Shown: piece after piece, positions 26,751 through 34,486 of the stretch
Numbering within the stretch: position 1 is the stretch's first letter
Layout: each line of letters starts with the position of its first letter
Assembly: GCA_965240855.1 (NCBI GenBank)
Contig: CBDEMG010000038.1
Location: 18,226-82,225, forward strand
Direction of reading: 5' to 3'
From: an uncultured Bacteroidia bacterium
GTDB lineage: Bacteria; Bacteroidota; Bacteroidia; Bacteroidales; CAJPTX01
DNA length: 64,000 nucleotides
The notes under the pieces: generated by a model
Databases searched by the model: none
What the model was told of the DNA's origin: nothing
Seen by the model: only the letters and a program-made list of their open reading frames with translations
Made by a program: the position numbers and the translations under genes

Positions 26751-27759
26751 CCCAAATCTCAGCTTTATATCCAGTGTATTCCCCTTCGGGGTGCAAATGT
26801 TTACTTACCAAACGCGTGGTACGGAGTAGTGGGTCGTATACCGAAACGAGCTCTGCCACAAAGCGATCGCCCTCGCGCACAAAATCGTAAAAAATATACT
26901 TGTTATTATAGCGCAAACCCGAGTGGAAGGTTATGCCCTGCGCTGTGCCTGCATACCCCGAACCAAGCCCTACTTGTTCTTTAGGAGGATCGCTAGGCAA
27001 CGGGGCTTTTTTCTGTGCAAACATGAAAAGATAGTATCGCTTAGCGCGTATCTCTTTCAGATAGAACTGGTTCGTAGGCACATCGTTCTTTACATACATA
27101 TCGCTCAAAAAGAAAGTACGTGCCCCCTGATGGATGCGCAACTGAGGGTTCTTCATCTGCTCAAAAAACTCGCGGTTCTCTTGTGCTTTAAGTACTGTTT
27201 CAGAAAAATCACCTTCTGCCTTCAACTTACGAAGTACGAAATACTCACGCGCTGGTTCTAGGTTGCGTCCTGTGCGAAAAAGAAGATCGCCATCCTCATT
27301 TTTGCGTAAAAAAAGGAAGTCGCTAGACCCCATATAGCTATCGTTTACAAGGCGGTGGAGATAATTGTAGGTAACAAAGCTAAGCTGTGTGAAACTATTC
27401 CTTCCCACGGCATACTCGCTCTCGCGTACGGTGGTGGCACTCGCTGCGTCAAGATCTGCTAACATCACGAGTTTGTTATTCTCAGCAAATTTCACGGTGA
27501 AAAGTACGCCTCCATACCCCAGCTGCCCACTAAAGAAGGGGATGAGCTCTGCGGGGTTGGAGAACAACAACGAATCAGTGCGAGGGAAATAGAGCAGCTG
27601 CCACCCATACGGCGCTCGTACGAGCTCCCGTTGTAAACTATCGATACTCGCCTTACTGCGCGCTGCAGGAGTATCACGAAAAACACTCTCTTGCTTTTGG
27701 CAGGCCAAGAAACTTAAAGCGCAGAACAATATTGATATAGAAAGCGGTAATCGCTGCAT
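26740..27759 (-). CDS. DUF4302-like lipoprotein
   Basis: MQRLPLSISILFCALSFLAC lipobox (ATG at 27759). APYGWQLLYFP...GGVLFTVKF is DUF4302-like. This family commonly accompanies SusCD-linked metallopeptidase-like lipoproteins. Confidence 0.55.
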   Translation of the reverse strand: MQRLPLSISILFCALSFLACQKQESVFRDTPAARSKASIDSLQRELVRAPYGWQLLYFPRTDSLLFSNPAELIPFFSGQLGYGGVLFTVKFAENNKLVMLADLDAASATTVRESEYAVGRNSFTQLSFVTYNYLHRLVNDSYMGSSDFLFLRKNEDGDLLFRTGRNLEPAREYFVLRKLKAEGDFSETVLKAQENREFFEQMKNPQLRIHQGARTFFLSDMYVKNDVPTNQFYLKEIRAKRYYLFMFAQKKAPLPSDPPKEQVGLGSGYAGTAQGITFHSGLRYNNKYIFYDFVREGDRFVAELVSVYDPLLRTTRLVSKHLHPEGEYTGYKAEIWDEK

Positions 27760-27760
27760 C

Positions 27761-28741
27761 TTAGTGATTCTTAAGGTATATATCCATTCGGCGCACACTC
27801 AGCAACTGCAAACGGAGCATATCTACATGCCACTCCTTGCGTAAGTATGCATCGACGAACGCTTTTTTCGTTGTGAGCTCCTTGTGCGCTTGCTCTGCCT
27901 CTTTTACATAGCGCTGATGCACCTCGGGGTTTGGGTCGGGGTAATCTGCATCCTCGGGGGTAGCGGCACGTACTGCAGCATCCTCGATCTCTTGTTGCGA
28001 ACTCACAAGTGTGGCACTAATGATCTCGGCAAAATCGTCTTCTGCAGAAAGAAAACCAAGCATTGTATACAAGCCACGCACATTAGCCCAACCATTCAAG
28101 CCGAGCTTCTCTTTGAGAGCTGCCGTATTGCCTAGAGGCGAGGCAATGAGCTCCGTAGATCCGCGAGTATACCGAGGCGCACTAATCTTTAGGAACGCAT
28201 CCCGATCATAAGGCAATAACTCGATAAGCCGCCTTGCCATTTGGTGGTAGATGCTACGTGCCAAACGATATACCTGCTCAGGCTTTTTGGGGTCGTATTC
28301 GTTCACGTTGTAGATACTCATCTCTGCACTACTGGTTGCTGGGTTATAGAGCAACTCTACGCCATTGTGGTCGGGGTTACCGCCGCCATAAAGCACAATG
28401 CGAAGCGGAGCACGTCCTTTCAAGAAATTCTCTAGTCCGAGGTCTGGATGCGTAAATAACTCTAACCCCAACTCCACCACCGCTTCTAAAACCTCTTGTA
28501 CCTTATCCACTTGTGGGGGATATACCAATGCACTCGTGCCCACCACATTCTTATCCCACCGATACTGTACATCCACGTTATAGGGTTTTACGAAGTTCGC
28601 GGCAATCCACGCATCCAATTCGGAGGGTTCTACTACGCGCCGATTAGCCTCAACCACACTCTCGGGCGACAACTTTTCTTTACACCCCGTACACAATAAT
28701 ACAGGGATAATAATACTCAACAATAAAATCTCTTTTCGCAT
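27761..28741 (-). CDS. SusCD-associated zinc-metallohydrolase-family lipoprotein with a degenerate active-site motif
   Basis: Lipobox VLLCTGC. LDAWIAANFVKPYNVDVQYRW and GFLSAEDDFAE fit the substrate-import-associated metallohydrolase family as I recall it. At the position where I expect HHEFAHIL, the sequence reads IYHQMARRL. Confidence 0.55.
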   Translation of the reverse strand: MRKEILLLSIIIPVLLCTGCKEKLSPESVVEANRRVVEPSELDAWIAANFVKPYNVDVQYRWDKNVVGTSALVYPPQVDKVQEVLEAVVELGLELFTHPDLGLENFLKGRAPLRIVLYGGGNPDHNGVELLYNPATSSAEMSIYNVNEYDPKKPEQVYRLARSIYHQMARRLIELLPYDRDAFLKISAPRYTRGSTELIASPLGNTAALKEKLGLNGWANVRGLYTMLGFLSAEDDFAEIISATLVSSQQEIEDAAVRAATPEDADYPDPNPEVHQRYVKEAEQAHKELTTKKAFVDAYLRKEWHVDMLRLQLLSVRRMDIYLKNH

Positions 28742-28781
28742 TGGGCTAATAACATCAATAGATATATATGTGTGTGTAAAA

Positions 28782-28850
28782 TTTTACCTCACCCGCTGTT
28801 GACGGTCTCGTGGGTTAGGGGGAAGCCCACGGCGTTGTGCCTCGACGGGG
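28782..28850. repeat. 69-bp direct repeat, copy A (orphan copy of the susD 3' end)
   Basis: 69/69 identical to 29569-29637, compared base by base. Confidence 0.95.
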
Positions 28851-28907
28851 TAACTGAGCGTTTCAAAAAAACAATTATTTATGCATAGATATCAAGGAAT
28901 ATTTACT

Positions 28908-28927
28908 GGACAGGGCATGCCCTGTCC
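28908..28927. repeat. REP palindrome GGACAGGGCATGCCCTGTCC with a CTACATAA tail
   Basis: Perfect 20-nt palindrome with the same tail as the copy at 11998. It is followed by TAATCAACAATTTATAGAGGCG (28944-28965), which also occurs at 11898-11918. Confidence 0.8.
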
Positions 28928-29059
28928 CTACATAAAAGCCATATAATCAACAATTTATAGAGGCGTATCAAGGAGAACTCATTGAGCCTACGGCTCGCTT
29001 TTATCAAAACAAAGGCTGTAATGTGCGTTTTAAGAAACGCGCCTACAAAAGACCTGCTT

Positions 29060-29566
29060 TTATTCGTAAAATTCATCTCGCTCCCAGTTTATAGGGTTAT
29101 CTAATATGTATTGTGCAACATTTATATACTCTTGCCGTGAGCGTAATATCCGATCATAAAATCGAGGTTGCCATACAAAAGTCAAATCTAGACGATGTGC
29201 TTCTCTACTTACAGCCGCTTTGTATGAACCTACGATTGCAGATAGCGTTTTACGACCTATATTCTGATATCTATTGGTTCCAACTGTAGGGACAGGGCAT
29301 GCCCTGTCCGGTAGTAACGTTAATAGTCCATGAATGTGATTGGGCATTATAACAAACTCCGCTAATTGTACATTGGAGAAATGCTCTGGTATTTGTTGCC
29401 ATAATTTCATAGCAAGTTCACCAATTTGCGAGAGAAGCATTTTACCATTCTCAATTTTACCGAAATAATGAAATCGTTCATGTGTGCAGAATGTAACATA
29501 ATAGATACCTTCTTTACTATAATCCCAGTTCTGTAGTCGATGTGACGTTCTATCTCTGTACGACAT
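29060..29566 (-). CDS. IS200-like Y1 (HUH) transposase, REP-associated tyrosine transposase (RAYT)-like
   Basis: 168 aa. HUH motif MPNHIHGLL, Tyr-helix IVGSYKAAVSRE and WQPRFYDRI. The ATG lies 4 nt after the susD stop. Confidence 0.8.
   Translation of the reverse strand: MSYRDRTSHRLQNWDYSKEGIYYVTFCTHERFHYFGKIENGKMLLSQIGELAMKLWQQIPEHFSNVQLAEFVIMPNHIHGLLTLLPDRACPVPTVGTNRYQNIGRKTLSAIVGSYKAAVSREAHRLDLTFVWQPRFYDRILRSRQEYINVAQYILDNPINWERDEFYE
29290..29309. repeat. REP palindrome GGACAGGGCATGCCCTGTCC inside the RAYT ORF
   Basis: Perfect 20-nt palindrome, translated in frame as PDRACPVP between the HUH and Tyr motifs. A CTACA tail is present on the minus strand. Confidence 0.85.
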
Positions 29567-29568
29567 TT

Positions 29569-29637
29569 TTTTACCTCACCCGCTGTTGACGGTCTCGTGG
29601 GTTAGGGGGAAGCCCACGGCGTTGTGCCTCGACGGGG
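29569..29637. repeat. 69-bp direct repeat, copy B (functional susD 3' end including the stop)
   Basis: Identical to 28782-28850. Encodes ...PVEAQRRGLPPNPRDRQQRVR*. Confidence 0.95.
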
Positions 29638-31106
29638 ATTTGGAGAACCTTCCTAAGATCGTCCTTTTCGAGAGGAAAGTAGTAGGGGCTCTTCGATGTG
29701 CGCTTTACTGCTATATGAAAGCGGCGAATATCGAACCAACGGAGGCCCTCCTGAAAGAATTCCTTGCGACGGAAGTCTAAAATTAGGCGCACCATAGCAA
29801 GCTGACCAAGCGAAAGACCATACCACGGCGAAACCTTATCGTAGTTTGCTATGCTGGTGGAAGTATATAGCGCTCGCTCCATAGTGGGCGCATAGCCAAA
29901 TTTCGCCTCACTGTATTCCACAAAATCGTCAATTGCCTTGTCGTATTCTTGCAACATAACGTAGGCTTCCATCCTATTGAGAAGTACCTCATCTGTGCTC
30001 AGCAATACGTTCGTTACATAGAGTCCACGAGGCTTTGAGCCGATACTCTCGGTGGTCGAGAGCTCATCAAACTTAGCCATGTACCTACCATTTGTAACAG
30101 GCGCAGAGGAGTTGGAAAAAGTGTAGAATTCTTCAAAACGAGTTGATACATCCCCCAAGTGCTCATGATACCGCTTGTTAAAAGCATCGTGCACTGTACC
30201 AAGTTTTGTACTCGTTGCTCCGTAACGCTCGATGGGTTGTTGCCGAGCAAGTCGCGATTCGGTTGTAGTGAGTAGTAGGTTAGCTTGCTCAGTTGGGGTG
30301 TTATAAATTTTGTGCAAATCTTCGTGGTGAAACTCTAGGTTGCGCATATATTGTACCCAAGGGCGCAGAAATGGCTGTGGTTTCACCCCTAACACAAAGT
30401 TGGCATACTCTACTACAGTGTGCCATTCGCCTTTGAAAAGATAAAAACGTGAGGCAAAGGCATAAGCTGCACGTTTGTTGAAATGAAACTTAGGCTGCTT
30501 GTAGTAGGCATCGTTTACGAGCGAAATTCCGCGTTTTAGATCGGCCTCAATCTTTTCATACACCTCGTTTACTGTACCTCGGCTGTAATCGACTAATGCA
30601 TGCTTCTCTGGCTTTGTAATATAGGGGATGCCCATGTTCACAGCAGAGCCTCCATAGGGTTCTGCCCAAATATTTACTAACATAAAATGGAGGTAGGCGC
30701 GGAGCAAAAAAGCCTCGCCATACAGCGCCTTTACACGCTCGGTCTTCTCATACTTCTGGAGTAGCTCTAGGGCTTTATTGGCTTGAGCAATACCGCGATA
30801 GCACTCGTTCCAGTAATTCAGTGGCGTATCGATATCCTCCTGTGCATAATCCTCCCAAAAGTACATAGCCTCGTTCAAGCTGTTTTGTACGCCATTGGGG
30901 CGCTCTGCTACGTTATCTGTACGAGGTTCAAGAAAGGGGATATAGCTTGCCTCAGGGTAGGCTCCCGTTAGAAGTTCTGCAATACGATCCTCACTATCGA
31001 TATCTATCGAAAGATCGGAATCGGGGTTTTTATCCAAAAACTTGTTGCAGCTACTCGCCAGTCCAAGAAACAGGAGTAGAGCTATAGGATAGACAAGGTA
31101 TCGCAT
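29571..31106 (-). CDS. SusD/RagB family nutrient-binding outer-membrane lipoprotein
   Basis: Lipobox GLASSCNKFLDKNPD, TPR-like helical content, 511 aa, immediately downstream of the SusC-like gene with overlapping stop and start. Confidence 0.85.
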   Translation of the reverse strand: MRYLVYPIALLLFLGLASSCNKFLDKNPDSDLSIDIDSEDRIAELLTGAYPEASYIPFLEPRTDNVAERPNGVQNSLNEAMYFWEDYAQEDIDTPLNYWNECYRGIAQANKALELLQKYEKTERVKALYGEAFLLRAYLHFMLVNIWAEPYGGSAVNMGIPYITKPEKHALVDYSRGTVNEVYEKIEADLKRGISLVNDAYYKQPKFHFNKRAAYAFASRFYLFKGEWHTVVEYANFVLGVKPQPFLRPWVQYMRNLEFHHEDLHKIYNTPTEQANLLLTTTESRLARQQPIERYGATSTKLGTVHDAFNKRYHEHLGDVSTRFEEFYTFSNSSAPVTNGRYMAKFDELSTTESIGSKPRGLYVTNVLLSTDEVLLNRMEAYVMLQEYDKAIDDFVEYSEAKFGYAPTMERALYTSTSIANYDKVSPWYGLSLGQLAMVRLILDFRRKEFFQEGLRWFDIRRFHIAVKRTSKSPYYFPLEKDDLRKVLQIPVEAQRRGLPPNPRDRQQRVR

Positions 31107-34100
31107 CAGAAAACAACATTCATAGTTATGGTATACTGTTTCGGGGTGGGTAAGGAGACGCCGCCCGATTTGTAGTATTCGGGGTCTTGCCCCTTAAGGC
31201 GCTTATCGGAGTAGATGAGGAACGGGTTCGTGATGTTTAGGCGGAAATCAACCGAGCGCAAGTGTAATTTCTCTAAAACACGTTCGGGGAGGTGATAGGC
31301 TAGCGAGATGTTTTTCATACGTACGAAGCTGCCGTCTGCTACTCGCTTTTGCGAATAGTTGTAGGTATTGTAGGCACGCTCAATATTTTCACGACCAACC
31401 TTTGCTACCAATTCGGATGAGGGAAGCACAGGTACATCGGTTCGTAACTCGTCGCCAGGGTTCAACCAGCGGTCGTAATACTCGGAAGAGAATACGTTGA
31501 GGTCGGCAAAATTGGGGTCGAACGTCGGGTTGAGGCGTATTTTATTGCCTGCCTGCATAGTGATAAAGAACGAAAACTCCCAGTTATGCCATTTGAAGGA
31601 ATTCGAAAGTCCTCCAGTAATGGGAGGTTCGATCGGTCCGTGATAAAGGAGGTAGGTTTTAGAATACTGCGTATCAGAGAAATCAGCGCCCGCACTTTTC
31701 GCATACGCTCCACTGTTAAGAGGATAAGAACCAAAATCGTAGGTCGGGAGTCCATTAGCGTCCAGTCCCTGATAATTAAAGGAGAATAACGAGCCTTTGG
31801 GATACCCTAAAATATTGCCGCGCCCCCTGCCTGCTACCATATCGAATGTGTTGGGAGCATTGAGCAAACGGGTAATTTCCTGATGCATTACCGCAAAGGT
31901 GAGGCTCGTATTCCAGCTAAAATTCTCCCACTCGATATTGCGCGTGTGTAACCCTAGTTCTAATCCTCGGGTGCGCATGTCGCCAAAGTTGGCATACTTG
32001 TAGTACTGCCCACCAACGCCCGAGGTTCGCACAAGGTCGATCAGATCAAAAGAATTGCGCTGATAGAGATCCACTGTTGTACTAATGCGGTTGTCTATCA
32101 AACCGAGCTCTAACCCAATGTTGAGTTCGTACATCTTCTCCCACGTAAGGTCTCGGTTTTCCAGATGGCTAATAGAGAGTTTATCTTCGCGCCATGCATA
32201 CTGATTGCGGTTAACAATTCCCCCCGTATATATCGAGTTCGCATTGATAGCCTCCTCATTCATCTTAGCCGTCAAGCCGTAGCTTGCCCTAAGCGCCAAA
32301 CGCGAGAAGGTCTTTTTATCTTGGATGAACTCTTCTTGGTCGATATTCCACTTCACCCCAACGTTCCATGTAGGTAGCCAAAGAGCTTTTGCTCCGCGAC
32401 CAGAGGCATTTGACCCTTCGTAATTCAGTACACCATTTATCACATAGCGCCCCCTGTAACCATACGTACCATTGAGCGAGAAAGTCACTCCTCGTTCATC
32501 GCGCTCGCGAAGACCAAAATAGGGGGTATTCTCCTGAAATAGCTTAGAAAAAATTGTGGGTGGGGTATACACCTGATTTCCTTTATTATATTGTATACCA
32601 TAGCCAGCGAATGTGTTGTTTAGGCGGCTTGTTTGGCGCACCTCGGCAAAAGCAAAGGCTTTGATATCGTGATCGTCGAGTCGTGTGTCATAATCAAGTG
32701 CTATGCGCCCAAGGTAACTCCGTAGCGTAACCTCCGTTTTATTGAGAATGCCACCATGCGTAAGTCCAACCTGTGGTTGCGCTTGGGGGTTGTCGCGATC
32801 GTGCAAAAGATAGATATTCTCACGCGCAACCCATGGAGTCTCATTCGCTCGGAGCGCTTGTACCAGATTAGAACGCTCCGCTATTTCGTGCACTGTACTC
32901 GTAGAGGCTTGTCGTGCGGAGAGTAAGGTACGCACCTCAAGCGACTTCAAGATCTCGTACGAAGCATCGGCTTGTACTTTAAAATCTTGCACTCCGATGC
33001 GCATACGGTTGTTTTCGTATTCATTGAAAATATTGAAGGGCGCCCAATTGTTACGGTAATATTCTCTTGCTCCATTCTCGCGATACGGGCGTAGCGTGCG
33101 GCTCGTTCCCAAGGCATAAGAAAAGGGGTTTATATCAAAATCGCGCTCAAAGCTCCCCACAGCATGGTTCTTTTTCTGGGGTAGAGTGCCTGGGGCATTT
33201 TGCGAGCGGAAGTTGCCTTGCGCAGCGAGTGTAGCTTTCAGCCGCTCTGTTATATAGAACGTACTCTTCAAATTGGCTGAGATTTTTTGTACCCTATCAG
33301 CAATAGTCCATCCCCCGTCATAATAAAAACCGAGCGAAGCATAGGTTGCAATATTTTTGCTACCACCCGTGAATGTTAGCGAGTGGCTTGTTGTGGGACG
33401 ATAGGTAAAGAGTAAATCGAGCCAATCGGTATTGGCATATTCGCCCCGTTTTAAGAACTCCGTGCGCGCCTCTTGCGAGTTTTCAAGATAGTAGCGCCCC
33501 GTGTGAGGATCAATCGTACTCAGATCGCGATACATCTGATAATAGATACCACTGCGACGACCATATAAAGCATCGCGGAGCGAGAAATAGCCCTTATCCG
33601 CCATCTCCTGATAGAGGGCCATCGTTTCTTGGGAATTGAGCAAATCAAAATCGGCATATCGGGGTTTAAGACGAAAAGTATTCTCGGTAGAGTAGGTTAC
33701 GCGCAATGGCTGTTCGCGACGCCCAGATTTCGTGGTAATAATCACAACGCCGTTCAAAGCTCTTGCGCCGTAAACCGAGGTCGCCGATGCATCCTTTAAC
33801 ACCTGAATATCTTCGATATCTGCAGGATTTAACCCCGCAATGGCTGAGCTAACTAACGTAATGGCATCGCCCGAAGCAAGCTGATCCAAGCTCAACTGCA
33901 CAAGGTCTTCGTACACAGCACCATCGATAACCCAGAGGGGTTGCACATTCCCTAAGATAGAGGCTCCGCCCCGTATATTGATGCGTGGTGCTGCGCCAAA
34001 CGAGCCTGAGATATTTTGAATGTTTAGACCAGGCAAACGCCCCTCGAGCATGCGCGACACATCGGTTATACCTTCCAACTTAATGTCGTTCATACGTACC

Positions 34101-34468
34101 GAAGCCGTTGCACCCGTATATACTCGGTTACGTACTTTTTGGTAGCCAGTGATGACCACCTGATCCATCTGTTTACTATCGTCTTCAAGCACTACATTCG
34201 TACGTAAGGAGCGTATCTTCATGCGCTTAGTGAGCATCCCGATGTAGGTGAATTCTAACGTTTGTCCAATCGCTCCAGCTATCTTGTATTGCCCGTTGAC
34301 GTCGGTTACAGTACGCTCGCCACTCTCCACCAAAAGAACGTAAGCGCCTATGAGTGTCTCGCCTTGCGCATTCGAGACTGTGCCCGTAATCACACCACCG
34401 CCTTGCGCCCAGAGGGCGTAAGGTATCAAAAGAAAAAGTAGAAATGCTGTATATTTTCTTCTAAACAT
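31106..34468 (-). CDS. SusC/RagA family TonB-linked outer-membrane transporter
   Basis: Carboxypeptidase-regulatory-like N-domain (ITGTVSNAQGETLIGAYVLL), plug (DQVVITGY...), ~1120 aa, C-terminal ...TMNVVF. Confidence 0.9.
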   Translation of the reverse strand: MFRRKYTAFLLFLLIPYALWAQGGGVITGTVSNAQGETLIGAYVLLVESGERTVTDVNGQYKIAGAIGQTLEFTYIGMLTKRMKIRSLRTNVVLEDDSKQMDQVVITGYQKVRNRVYTGATASVRMNDIKLEGITDVSRMLEGRLPGLNIQNISGSFGAAPRINIRGGASILGNVQPLWVIDGAVYEDLVQLSLDQLASGDAITLVSSAIAGLNPADIEDIQVLKDASATSVYGARALNGVVIITTKSGRREQPLRVTYSTENTFRLKPRYADFDLLNSQETMALYQEMADKGYFSLRDALYGRRSGIYYQMYRDLSTIDPHTGRYYLENSQEARTEFLKRGEYANTDWLDLLFTYRPTTSHSLTFTGGSKNIATYASLGFYYDGGWTIADRVQKISANLKSTFYITERLKATLAAQGNFRSQNAPGTLPQKKNHAVGSFERDFDINPFSYALGTSRTLRPYRENGAREYYRNNWAPFNIFNEYENNRMRIGVQDFKVQADASYEILKSLEVRTLLSARQASTSTVHEIAERSNLVQALRANETPWVARENIYLLHDRDNPQAQPQVGLTHGGILNKTEVTLRSYLGRIALDYDTRLDDHDIKAFAFAEVRQTSRLNNTFAGYGIQYNKGNQVYTPPTIFSKLFQENTPYFGLRERDERGVTFSLNGTYGYRGRYVINGVLNYEGSNASGRGAKALWLPTWNVGVKWNIDQEEFIQDKKTFSRLALRASYGLTAKMNEEAINANSIYTGGIVNRNQYAWREDKLSISHLENRDLTWEKMYELNIGLELGLIDNRISTTVDLYQRNSFDLIDLVRTSGVGGQYYKYANFGDMRTRGLELGLHTRNIEWENFSWNTSLTFAVMHQEITRLLNAPNTFDMVAGRGRGNILGYPKGSLFSFNYQGLDANGLPTYDFGSYPLNSGAYAKSAGADFSDTQYSKTYLLYHGPIEPPITGGLSNSFKWHNWEFSFFITMQAGNKIRLNPTFDPNFADLNVFSSEYYDRWLNPGDELRTDVPVLPSSELVAKVGRENIERAYNTYNYSQKRVADGSFVRMKNISLAYHLPERVLEKLHLRSVDFRLNITNPFLIYSDKRLKGQDPEYYKSGGVSLPTPKQYTITMNVVF

Positions 34469-34486
34469 TATTGCAGATTTCAAAGC

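Larger units (their letters stand above)
28851..29568 (-). mobile_element. 718-bp inserted segment carrying an IS200-like/RAYT gene and a REP palindrome
   Basis: Delimited by the perfect 69-bp direct repeats. Contains the Y1-transposase ORF and the palindrome at 28908-28927. Confidence 0.65.
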
